A DNA stretch of 32,000 nt from Propionibacterium freudenreichii subsp. freudenreichii (GCF_000940845.1 NZ_CP010341.1:1920001-1952000); one strand, 5' to 3'. Shown: positions 8,504 through 16,132, counted from the first letter of the stretch. The notes: a model not told the origin generated them from the letters alone. Translations and numbers: made by a program.

Positions 8504-9385
8504 ATGGCTACTCCCACGATCACTTTGAATAATCGCGTCATGTTGCCCGCGCTCGGGTTCGGGGTCTTCCAGACCCCGCCCGATGAGACCGCGACCGCGG
8601 TGACGGAGGCGCTGCGCGTCGGCTACCGGCACATCGACACGGCCGCCGCCTATGGCAACGAGAACGGTGTCGGCGATGCGCTTCGCGCGTCGGGCCTTGC
8701 CCGTGATGAGGTGTTCGTGGAGACGAAGCTGTGGATCAGCGACTACGGCTACGACGCAGCCTTGCACGGGTTCGAGAAGTCCGCCGCGAAGCTCGGCGTC
8801 GACCAGATCGACCTGCTCCTGCTTCACCAACCCCTGACCGAGAGCTTCGACCGCACCCTTGACGCCTACCGCGCGTTGGAGCAGCTCTACGCCGACGGCA
8901 AGGTGCGTGCGATCGGGGTCTCCAACTTCATGCCCGACAAGCTCACCCGCCTCCTGACGGAGACGGACGTGGTACCTGCGGTGAACCAGATCGAGGTGCA
9001 CCCCTACTTCCAACAGCACGAGCTGCAAGCCCTGCACGCCGAACACGGCATCCTCACCCAGGCATGGTCGCCGATCGGAGGTATCACGATCTACGGCGGC
9101 GGGCAGCAGAGCACCCTGGATAACGAAACCATCGGCGAGATCGCGCGGGTTCACGGGAAGTCCCCGGCACAGGTGATGCTGCGCTGGCATGCGCAGGAGA
9201 GCCGTTCGGCGATCCCGAAGTCGGTCAAGCCTCACCGGATCGCAGAGAACTTCGACATCTTCGACTTCGAGCTAAGCGCGGAAGAACTGGCGGCGATTGA
9301 CGCCCTGGACACCGGGGTGCGCAGCGGCCCCGACCCGGACTCGATCACGATGGAGAACTACGGGATGCCCATCCCCGAAGCCTGA
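8504..9385 (+). CDS. Aldo/keto reductase (2,5-diketo-D-gluconate reductase-like).
   Basis: AKR hallmarks are present: LPALGFGVFQ, GYRHIDTAAAYGNE, ETKLW, DLLLLHQP, IGVSNF, NQIEVHPY, SPAQVMLRWH...SAIPKS. Confidence 0.92.
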   Translation: MATPTITLNNRVMLPALGFGVFQTPPDETATAVTEALRVGYRHIDTAAAYGNENGVGDALRASGLARDEVFVETKLWISDYGYDAALHGFEKSAAKLGVDQIDLLLLHQPLTESFDRTLDAYRALEQLYADGKVRAIGVSNFMPDKLTRLLTETDVVPAVNQIEVHPYFQQHELQALHAEHGILTQAWSPIGGITIYGGGQQSTLDNETIGEIARVHGKSPAQVMLRWHAQESRSAIPKSVKPHRIAENFDIFDFELSAEELAAIDALDTGVRSGPDPDSITMENYGMPIPEA

Positions 9386-9442
9386 TCCTTCGTCGGCGTT
9401 GGACTTGACGTTTGCAGGGTCGGGGTAGGCAGGCCAGAGACT

Positions 9443-9463
9443 GGGGCTCGGCCCCTGTTGTTT
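9443..9463 (+). terminator. Small intrinsic-terminator-like hairpin after the reductase gene.
   Basis: GGGGC-tcg-GCCCC (9443-9455) is followed by TGTTGTTT (9456-9463). Confidence 0.4.
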
Positions 9464-9609
9464 CGGCAGCGGTCTCGGAAAGCCAGCGCCGTCGGAGGTC
9501 CTGCGGCCTCTTAGGGCGCACCCCGTAGGGCGCGTGCACACCTGCCAGACATGAGCCTGCACCCAGACCATGACTCCAGCGACCTCACCCCACTCCGGGC
9601 TATCGGCCG

Positions 9610-10161
9610 ATGAACCTCACCGGCCCGCGCCGATCCACCCCTACCGACGACGAGGCGACTGCTCCCGTCGAGCTGCCGCACGTCCTCGTCACCGTCGCCG
9701 AAGACGGCACACTCACCGCGATGGTAGATGGAGCACCGTTCCCGTCGCCGGACGGGACCGCGTGGACGCGGGCGACGTTCGGGCCGCTCATGGATGCGAT
9801 CACCAAGGATCGCACCATCGCGGTCCGTGTCGAGGTGCGCGAGAGCGACGGTAGCGTCTTCACCGACATCCTCCGCACCCGCAAGCCTCGACGCGCAGTG
9901 GCACCGTCCGAGAACTCGGTGCCGGAAACTCGTCGGAGTCGTCACGCCCGACGGGTGCCGCGCTTGTCTGAGGTCACGGCTCACGGGTTCGTGCCTGGCG
10001 AGGATGTCGCCGTCGCGACGATCGTCTCCCATACCGACGCCACCGGAACCGGGGAGGCACGTGCGCTCATCGACCTCGACGACCTGCCCGCCGGAACATC
10101 GCACGAGGTGATCCTGTTCGGGCGTATCTCGGGCACGCTCGCGGTGCGGCGGCTGATATGA
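9610..10161 (+). CDS. Hypothetical 183-aa protein, translationally coupled to the coupling-protein gene.
   Basis: The ORF ends at TGA 10159-10161, overlapping ATG 10158 (ATGA). No family was recognised. The start is uncertain because the SD is weak. Confidence 0.55.
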   Translation: MNLTGPRRSTPTDDEATAPVELPHVLVTVAEDGTLTAMVDGAPFPSPDGTAWTRATFGPLMDAITKDRTIAVRVEVRESDGSVFTDILRTRKPRRAVAPSENSVPETRRSRHARRVPRLSEVTAHGFVPGEDVAVATIVSHTDATGTGEARALIDLDDLPAGTSHEVILFGRISGTLAVRRLI

Positions 10162-11936
10162 ACCAGCGGCAGGCCGGGGGCATGGGCGACGAACTCACCA
10201 ACGCCGCCCTCGTTGGCCTGGTCGGCATGTTCGGGATCGCTCTCGTCCTCCGTGCCGCTGGCAGCGTCGCCGCGTTCCTCACCGGCACACCGCAGCCCGA
10301 CGTCGGCGCAGCGGCGGCGCTCGCCGTGCTGTTCAACCCCGGCGACCCGGCGACCGCGCTCGGTGCCGACGGACTCAACCCGGTGGTTTACTGGCTCGTC
10401 AGCGCGGCACTGCTCGGCGGACTCGCCGCCGGGATCGTTTGGGTCTGGATGGTCCTGCGCCGACACACGCGGAAGACAGAGACCGACCCGCACCGACTCG
10501 CCGGGATCGCGACCAGCCACGAGGTCAAGACCGTGGCATCCGCGAAAGCGCTGCTTCACCGCGCGGCCATGCTGCGGCCCTCATGGGAGTCGCCAGCACC
10601 ACAAGATGTCGGCTACCTCCTGGGTGCCAGTCGCGGGACGAAGGTCTGGGCATCGGTCGAAGACTCGATCCTGCTGATCGGCCCGCCCCGCTCCGGCAAG
10701 GGCCTGCACGTCGTCATCAACGCGATCCTCGACGCACCCGGCGCGGTCGTCACCACCAGCACGCGGCCCGACAACCTCACCGCGACCCTCCGCGCCCGAC
10801 GCCGCAAGGGCGGACCGGTCTCCGTATTCGACCCTCAACACCTCGCCGAAGGCATCCCCGCCGGGCTGCGCTGGTCACCCATTCGCGGCTGCGACGATCC
10901 GCTGACCGCGATGATCCGCGCCAACGGCCTCGCCTCCGCCACAGGACTCTCCGCGGGAGGGGTCGAGTCAGGCGGGTTCTGGGAAGGCAAAACCCGCACC
11001 GCACTCCAAAGCCTGCTGCACGCCGCAGCGCTCGACGGCCGCCCGCCCGCCGAGCTGTTCAGGTGGACCCTCGATCCCAGCGCCGCATCCGAGGCCGTCG
11101 CGATCCTCAACTCCCACCCGAACGCCGCGATGGGCTGGGACGACTCCCTGGCCGCGATGATCGACGCCGACCCCAAGACCCGCGACAGCATCTGGCAAGG
11201 TGTCTCCCTCGCGCTCGCCGCACTCGCCGACCCACGAGTGCTCGATGCGGTCACACCAGGCCCGCATGAGCACTTCGACCCCGAGACCTTCCTCACCGAA
11301 CAAGGCACCCTCTACCTGCTCGCCACCGGTGCCGGTGCAGGAGCCTCCGCATCGCTGGTCGCGGCATTCGTCGAAGACCTCATCGAAACCGCCCGCAGGC
11401 TCGCCGCCCGCTCACCCGGAGCGCGACTCGACCCGCCAGTGCTGCTCGCGCTCGACGAGATCGGAAACCTCGCACCACTGCCGTCACTGCCGACGCTCAT
11501 GGCCGAAGGCGGTGGCACCGGGATCACGACCATGCCGGTCTTGCAGTCCCTCGCACAGGCTCGCGACCGATGGAGTGAACACCAGGCCGGCGCGATCTGG
11601 GACGCCAGCATCGTCAAGATCATCCTCGGCGGCGCGTCGAACAGCCGCGACCTTCAAGACCTCTCCACCCTCATCGGTGAGCGTGACGAGTACACCGACA
11701 GCGTGACCCTCGGCGACCACGGCACCCGCTCGAACCAACGCTCGATCCGCCGCGTCCCGATCCTGCCTCCAGACCGCATCCGCACCCTGCCATTCGGCAC
11801 CGGCATCACGATGCTGCGCTCCGCGCCACCCATCGTCACCGACCTGCGGGCCTGGCCGACACGGTCTGACGACGCGCAGCTCCGCAGCGATCGCGACGAA
11901 CTCGAAGCGCTGCTGCGCCACCGCCCCGCCTCCTGA
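10158..11936 (+). CDS. Type IV coupling protein (VirD4/TraG/TraD family).
   Basis: Two N-terminal TM helices are followed by Walker A LLIGPPRSGKGLHV and Walker B VLLALDEIGNL. Its length of 592 aa and the T4SS context fit the family. Confidence 0.88.
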   Translation: MNQRQAGGMGDELTNAALVGLVGMFGIALVLRAAGSVAAFLTGTPQPDVGAAAALAVLFNPGDPATALGADGLNPVVYWLVSAALLGGLAAGIVWVWMVLRRHTRKTETDPHRLAGIATSHEVKTVASAKALLHRAAMLRPSWESPAPQDVGYLLGASRGTKVWASVEDSILLIGPPRSGKGLHVVINAILDAPGAVVTTSTRPDNLTATLRARRRKGGPVSVFDPQHLAEGIPAGLRWSPIRGCDDPLTAMIRANGLASATGLSAGGVESGGFWEGKTRTALQSLLHAAALDGRPPAELFRWTLDPSAASEAVAILNSHPNAAMGWDDSLAAMIDADPKTRDSIWQGVSLALAALADPRVLDAVTPGPHEHFDPETFLTEQGTLYLLATGAGAGASASLVAAFVEDLIETARRLAARSPGARLDPPVLLALDEIGNLAPLPSLPTLMAEGGGTGITTMPVLQSLAQARDRWSEHQAGAIWDASIVKIILGGASNSRDLQDLSTLIGERDEYTDSVTLGDHGTRSNQRSIRRVPILPPDRIRTLPFGTGITMLRSAPPIVTDLRAWPTRSDDAQLRSDRDELEALLRHRPAS

Positions 11937-12020
11937 CGACTGGCGCTTGGGCGCCAAAGCGCACCTGCCTGACAGAGCGACCCACACGCAGTTGGTCGCC
12001 CGAGTCAGGAGGAGGCCATC

Positions 12021-12461
12021 ATGGCCATTCACACGCAGGAATCGCTGTCAGGCTTCATCGCGTCGGAGCCGTTGCTCACCGAGACGGCCAAGGGAGACGC
12101 CAGGTTCTTCGCCCGTATCGGCAAGGAGCATTTCCGCCGCGAGGACGACGGCTCTTTCACGCAGACCGAGACGACCTACCACCACTTGGTGATGTTCGGG
12201 CGTTCCGCTGAGCATGCGCACGCGAACTTCGCGCAGGGCGACAACTTCGTCGCCGAGGGCTACACGCGGCCGGTCAGCTACGAGCGCAACGGTCAGGCGA
12301 TCGAGGGCGAGGAGTTCGTTGCCAAGAAGATCGGCCATGACGCCGCGCGAACCCGCTACGAGGTGGACCGCACGCCGCGCAATGGAGTCGGCCGGGACGC
12401 AGCGGCGTACGAGCCGACGCAGCGAGCAGCGACCGCGGCGCACGCCCCGGTCTCCATGTGA
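12021..12461 (+). CDS. ssb: Single-stranded DNA-binding protein (OB fold), ICE-borne and lacking the canonical acidic C-terminal tip.
   Basis: SD AGGAGGAGG precedes ATG 12021. The N-terminal SSB pattern is LSGFIASEPLLTETAKGDARFFARIG...HHLVMFGRSAEHA..NFAQGDNFVAEGY. The C-terminus ends ...AAHAPVSM rather than D-D-D-I/P-P-F. Confidence 0.8.
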   Translation: MAIHTQESLSGFIASEPLLTETAKGDARFFARIGKEHFRREDDGSFTQTETTYHHLVMFGRSAEHAHANFAQGDNFVAEGYTRPVSYERNGQAIEGEEFVAKKIGHDAARTRYEVDRTPRNGVGRDAAAYEPTQRAATAAHAPVSM

Positions 12462-12480
12462 GTTCGGGAGCGACAGCACC

Positions 12481-13038
12481 ATGAACGATCAGCATGAGAT
12501 GGATGAGCCGGACGTCTTCGACGGGCCGCCCCGTGTCACCAACGCGGACATGCCCGAGCCGCCTCACCCCGTGAACTGGAACCTGCTGACGGCGCACGAG
12601 CTGGAGCAGGAATGGCTCGCGCTGAACCGGTGGGTTGATTGGCTGCGTCGCACCTACGGCCTCACCGTCGCGGTGGTGCCGCCGTTCTGGCATCACCACC
12701 CGGAGATGGTTTGGGAGCTGTCGGCGCTGCACCTGCATTGGCTCGGTGCCTACGACCCCGAGCAGAACGCCTCCGCGCCGCTCGGCTGGCACCGCGACTT
12801 CGCCGACGCACGAGAGCGCCTTCGCTATTGGGTCACCGCCTGCGGTACTCGTGGAGACCGAGACCGCCCGACCCGGCAAGCTGCTTGGCCTGGTGAGGAC
12901 CCGGCGCCGACGATCCAGGACTTCACCTTCACCGACCGCGACACCGAATTCGTCGAGTTCGTCATCGCGCAAGTCCGCAAGCGCCAGGAGGCCGAAGACG
13001 AGTTCTACGCCAGCCTGGACGACGACGAAGCGCCGTAG
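12481..13038 (+). CDS. Hypothetical Trp-rich protein (185 aa), possibly DUF4913-like. This kind of gene commonly follows coupling-protein genes in actinobacterial ICEs.
   Basis: ATG 12481 is preceded by GGGAG. The track ORF 12214-13038 is trimmed because its upstream part overlaps ssb. The motif WLALNRWVDWLRRTYGL...FWHHHPEMVWELSALHLHWLGAY is present. The family name is recollection only. Confidence 0.6.
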   Translation: MNDQHEMDEPDVFDGPPRVTNADMPEPPHPVNWNLLTAHELEQEWLALNRWVDWLRRTYGLTVAVVPPFWHHHPEMVWELSALHLHWLGAYDPEQNASAPLGWHRDFADARERLRYWVTACGTRGDRDRPTRQAAWPGEDPAPTIQDFTFTDRDTEFVEFVIAQVRKRQEAEDEFYASLDDDEAP

Positions 13039-13042
13039 ACCG

Positions 13043-13270
13043 ATGAGCCGCTACGCCAAGAAGACCGATCGACGCCCGTATGAGGAGCGGTCGTTCTCCG
13101 TACGTGCCATCCACCGCGAACGCGCCGACCTGCACAAGCTCGCCGAGGTTCTCATCCGGCTGACGTTGCAGGAGACCGGCGAGAGCCGCGCGGCCCGCGC
13201 GGCCGATCGGGTCCCCGACACCTACCGGGCGCCGACGAATGTCCTGGCCGCCCCAGAAGCCGCCCGGTAG
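13043..13270 (+). CDS. Small basic hypothetical protein (75 aa) immediately upstream of the recombinase gene.
   Basis: ATG 13043 lies 4 nt after the preceding stop, and the ORF is in frame with track ORF 12635-13270. No motif was recognised. Coding status rests on position and frame only. Confidence 0.4.
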   Translation: MSRYAKKTDRRPYEERSFSVRAIHRERADLHKLAEVLIRLTLQETGESRAARAADRVPDTYRAPTNVLAAPEAAR

Positions 13271-13452
13271 AATCAACCGTGCAAGCCTCGCGATGCGGGG
13301 TGTTGTGGCCTAAACCTCGCCGCTCGGCGGGCAACACGCACCGAGACCATCGGGTCTCGCCCTACAGCCTTCATCGGCTGCTCTCACGATCAACACCCCT
13401 CCCACGAACAGTTGGGAGCGCGAGGGTCGAACCGCGTGAGAGTGAGCCCCCG

Positions 13453-15207
13453 ATGACCACCATTGCCGATGATCCGGCTGTCAGCCTCATCGACCCGCCC
13501 AAGACAATGGCTGCCGCCGTGTCGTACCTGCGGGTCTCGACCCGCGAGCAGGCCGAGAAGGGCGGGACCGACGAGGGCTTCTCGATCCCGGCCCGGCGCG
13601 AAGCGACCCGGCGCAAGGCCGAACAGCTCGGTGCCGGCATCGTTGAGGAGTTCGTCGACGCGGGAGCCTCAGCCAAGTCGTCCGACCGGCCCGAGCTGAT
13701 GCGGATGATCCAGTACGTCAAGGCCAACAAGGTCGCGTACTGCATCGTTCACAAGGTCGACCGGCTCGCCAGGAACCGCGCCGACGACGTGAGCATCCAC
13801 CTCGCACTCCAACAGTGCGGGGTCATGCTTGTGTCCGCGTCGGAGAACATCGACGAGACCCCTTCCGGGATGCTGCTGCACGGCATCATGTCCACCATCG
13901 CCGAGTTCTACTCTCGGAACCTCGCCACCGAGGTCGCCAAGGGCATGACCCAGAAGGCCATCGGTGGCGGCACGAACGGGCGCGCGCCCATCGGCTATCT
14001 GAACGTCCGCAAGCGCGACGAGCTCGGGCGTGAAGTCCGCACCATCGAGCTCGATCCTGAGCGGGCGCCGATGATCGAGTGGGCGTTCAAGGCGTACGCC
14101 TCAGGTAACTGGAGCGTGAGCCAGCTCCACGACGAACTCACCTCGCGGGGGCTGCGCAGCCTGCCGACGCCGAAGCGGCCGGCGAAGCCGTTGGCGGTGT
14201 CTACCATCCATCGGCTCCTGACCAACCCGTACTACAAGGGCGATGTCATCTACCGAGGCACCCGCTACAAGGGCAACCACCCGGCGCTCGTGCCTGCCGA
14301 GGTCTGGTACCAGGTCCAGTCCGTGCTCACCGCGCACCAGTGCGCCGTCGAGGCGACCCAAGTCCACGGCCACTACCTCAAAGGCACCGTCCACTGCGGC
14401 CAGTGCGGGTCCCGGCTCATCGTCTCGAACGCGAAGAACCGGCACGGCAACGTCTACTGCTACTTCGTGTGCTCGGGTCGGCACTCCAAGCGCACCGACT
14501 GCACGCGCCAGGCGATGCTCATCGAAGACGTCGAGAAGCTCGTCGAGGACTACTACACCCGCGTCCAGTTCACGCCCGCCCAGCAAGACGCCCTCGCAGG
14601 GATGCTCCACCACGAGTTCGACCGACTCATGGCCGCCGAAACCGAAGCACTGGAACGACTCACCACCAACCGCGACCGGCTCGAAAGCGAGCAAGACCGC
14701 CTCATGCAAGCGCACTACGCCGACGCGATCCCGCTCTCCGTGCTCAAGCGCGAGCAAGACCGCATCGTCGCCGAACTCGATCAGGTGACCCGCCGTATCG
14801 ACGCCCACTTCGGTGACTACGCCGACGCTCGCGCCCACCTCGACGACGCCCTCGGCCTGCTCGCCAACTGCGCTGACATCTACACTCGCTGCGACGACAC
14901 CAACCGGCGGCTATGCAACCAGGCGTTCTTCACAAAGGTCTACATCGACGAGGACAACGAGCTGCGCGTCGAGCACAACCGGCCCTTCGAAATGCTCCTC
15001 GATCCGCAGGTCAACGCCAACGCGCTGACCTGGGCCGCAGACGTGAACAAGGCCCGAACCTCTGCCAACGTTTCCATTGGCAAGGGTTCGAGCCTTGTGC
15101 GTGCGGTGGAGCTAGGGGGATTCGAACCCCCGACCTTCTCATTGCGAACGAGACGCGCTACCAACTGCGCCATAGCCCCAGATCATCGAGCCCAACGAGC
15201 TCTTTGA
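13453..15207 (+). CDS. Large serine recombinase (integrase of the element), 584 aa.
   Basis: The N-terminal resolvase domain reads AVSYLRVSTREQAEKGG...ARREA...DRLARN. The recombinase domain follows, then a zinc ribbon CGQCGSRL...CYFVCSGRH...C with a coiled-coil after it. The start ATG 13453 was chosen over track start 13279. The last 101 nt overlap tRNA-Ala antisense. Confidence 0.9.
   Translation: MTTIADDPAVSLIDPPKTMAAAVSYLRVSTREQAEKGGTDEGFSIPARREATRRKAEQLGAGIVEEFVDAGASAKSSDRPELMRMIQYVKANKVAYCIVHKVDRLARNRADDVSIHLALQQCGVMLVSASENIDETPSGMLLHGIMSTIAEFYSRNLATEVAKGMTQKAIGGGTNGRAPIGYLNVRKRDELGREVRTIELDPERAPMIEWAFKAYASGNWSVSQLHDELTSRGLRSLPTPKRPAKPLAVSTIHRLLTNPYYKGDVIYRGTRYKGNHPALVPAEVWYQVQSVLTAHQCAVEATQVHGHYLKGTVHCGQCGSRLIVSNAKNRHGNVYCYFVCSGRHSKRTDCTRQAMLIEDVEKLVEDYYTRVQFTPAQQDALAGMLHHEFDRLMAAETEALERLTTNRDRLESEQDRLMQAHYADAIPLSVLKREQDRIVAELDQVTRRIDAHFGDYADARAHLDDALGLLANCADIYTRCDDTNRRLCNQAFFTKVYIDEDNELRVEHNRPFEMLLDPQVNANALTWAADVNKARTSANVSIGKGSSLVRAVELGGFEPPTFSLRTRRATNCAIAPDHRAQRAL
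15107..15179 (-). tRNA. tRNA-Ala (anticodon CGC).
   Basis: Cloverleaf folded by hand: acceptor GGGGCTA/TAGCTCC with the G3:U70 alanine identity pair, D arm GCGC-AGTTGGTA-GCGC, anticodon arm TCTCG-TTCGCAA-TGAGA, T arm GGGGG-TTCGAAT-CCCCC, discriminator A. CCA is not encoded (the 3' flank reads CCG). Confidence 0.92.
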
Positions 15208-15254
15208 GCGGGAACCATCCTAGCACCTCACGGCGACTGGACCCCACTCGATTC

Positions 15255-16058
15255 CTACTCCCCGACCGCCCTGGGCAGATCGCCCTCGTCGCCACCGTGA
15301 TCATGGCGACCGTCCTGCGCGGCCCGGATGTCAGTTGTGTCGTCGACATCCTCGGGACGCTCGGCGGTCACCGGCATCTTCGGTTGCGCCGGCGGATCAG
15401 CCGTCATCGTCAGATCGATGGTGCGCACCGAACGCGGCACCAACGGCTTCGACACGTAGGTGGGCGGCGTGACCGCAATCGGCTCCCACAGGTCACCGAT
15501 CGTGGAGTCCACCGGCAGGTTCAGCGGAATCGAGATCTCGGTGTTCTCATCATGCACATGGGTGAGGTCCACCTCACAGACGGTGACTGTGTCCTCGGCC
15601 CAGTCCTGATCGGCGGCTTCCAGCTGGTCGGCGATCATTGCGTTGACGGTGTGCACGCTGATGCGGCTGAGCACCACGAACACGGCCAGCACGCCCACAC
15701 CCACCAGGGCAAGCCACCAAGGGGCGGGGGTGATCACCGAGACCACCACGCCGGCCACCATCACCAACAGGCTGCCCAGGAAACCGGTACGACGGCGCCG
15801 CATCGCAATCTGGGCGGCCCGACGCGTCTGGAACAACACCGAGTCGCGCTGCAGCGGCGTGGAGATCTGCAGGCTCGGATCGGTGGGCTCCGCGAAGTCA
15901 TCCTGTCCGCCACGGCGCACCAGGTGCATCGGGCTGGCCAAGGCGTCGCGCGCCGCGCTCAACGTGGGGGAGATACTGACCTCTTTGTGCAACAGGAACC
16001 GCGGCACGAGATAGGCCAACCAACCGGCGACGATCGCCAGCCAGATAAGCCCAGTCAT
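15255..16058 (-). CDS. sepX: Divisome membrane protein SepX/GlpR-like (267 aa).
   Basis: ATG 16058 was chosen (MTGLIWLAIVAGWLAYLVP...), giving an N-terminal TM and two central TMs (FLGSLLVMVAGVVVSVI, WWLALVGVGVLAVFVVL). It sits downstream of the glp-GNAT pair, as in the conserved actinobacterial locus. The assignment rests on position and architecture. Confidence 0.6.
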   Translation of the reverse strand: MTGLIWLAIVAGWLAYLVPRFLLHKEVSISPTLSAARDALASPMHLVRRGGQDDFAEPTDPSLQISTPLQRDSVLFQTRRAAQIAMRRRRTGFLGSLLVMVAGVVVSVITPAPWWLALVGVGVLAVFVVLSRISVHTVNAMIADQLEAADQDWAEDTVTVCEVDLTHVHDENTEISIPLNLPVDSTIGDLWEPIAVTPPTYVSKPLVPRSVRTIDLTMTADPPAQPKMPVTAERPEDVDDTTDIRAAQDGRHDHGGDEGDLPRAVGE

Positions 16059-16132
16059 TCCCACGAGCCCAACGGTATGGGCAATGGGCCCGCGCCTCTC
16101 AACGCAACGCCGCAGGCACGCAAACTGCCTGC

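Larger units (their letters stand above)
1..15106. mobile_element. Right-hand part of an integrated conjugative element (T4SS-type ICE with a serine recombinase). The left end is outside the window, and the right boundary is inferred near the tRNA-Ala 3' end.
   Basis: TrbL-like, SCO6880-like, VirB4-like and VirD4-like genes, ssb and a serine recombinase are co-located next to a tRNA 3' end. Conserved housekeeping synteny begins immediately to the right. The exact boundary was not determined. Confidence 0.7.

Noticed and set aside
7913-9235. 440-aa minus-strand ORF spanning the regulator 5' end and the reductase.
   Set aside because: Only its 8214-8377 segment is real coding sequence (the N-terminal HTH fragment of the frameshifted regulator). 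The rest is antisense to the well-supported aldo/keto reductase.
9405-9431. TTGACG ... TAGGCA as a promoter for the distal transfer genes.
   Set aside because: The spacing is only 15 nt and the -10 candidate does not fit TANNNT, so it is not supportable from sequence alone.
13410-13442. tRNA-like fragment (GGTCGAACC motif) upstream of the recombinase start as a possible att repeat of the tRNA 3' end.
   Set aside because: No 5-bp stem with 7-nt loop T-arm or acceptor strand can be drawn. Similarity to the tRNA-Ala 3' half is limited to the TCGAACC core.
13279-13452. N-terminal extensions offered by the ORF track. The same issue applies to 5009-5200, 5065-5208, 12214-12480, 16059-16229, 18134-18262, 26788-27048, 28515-28901 and 31873-31965.
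   Set aside because: The extensions are Arg/Pro-rich, overlap neighbouring genes or promoters, and lack SD sequences. Internal starts with SD-like sequences and family-typical N-termini were preferred.
15081-15097. Plus-strand T-arm-like hairpin CAAGG-gttcgag-CCTTG as a second tRNA gene or remnant.
   Set aside because: No matching acceptor, D or anticodon arms flank it, and the loop is offset from the TTCRANN consensus. It is mentioned only as a junction-proximal structure.
14940-15173. 77-aa minus-strand ORF (MAQLVARLVRNEKVGGSNPPSS...).
   Set aside because: Its N-terminus is simply the translation of the tRNA-Ala gene, and the remainder is antisense to the recombinase.
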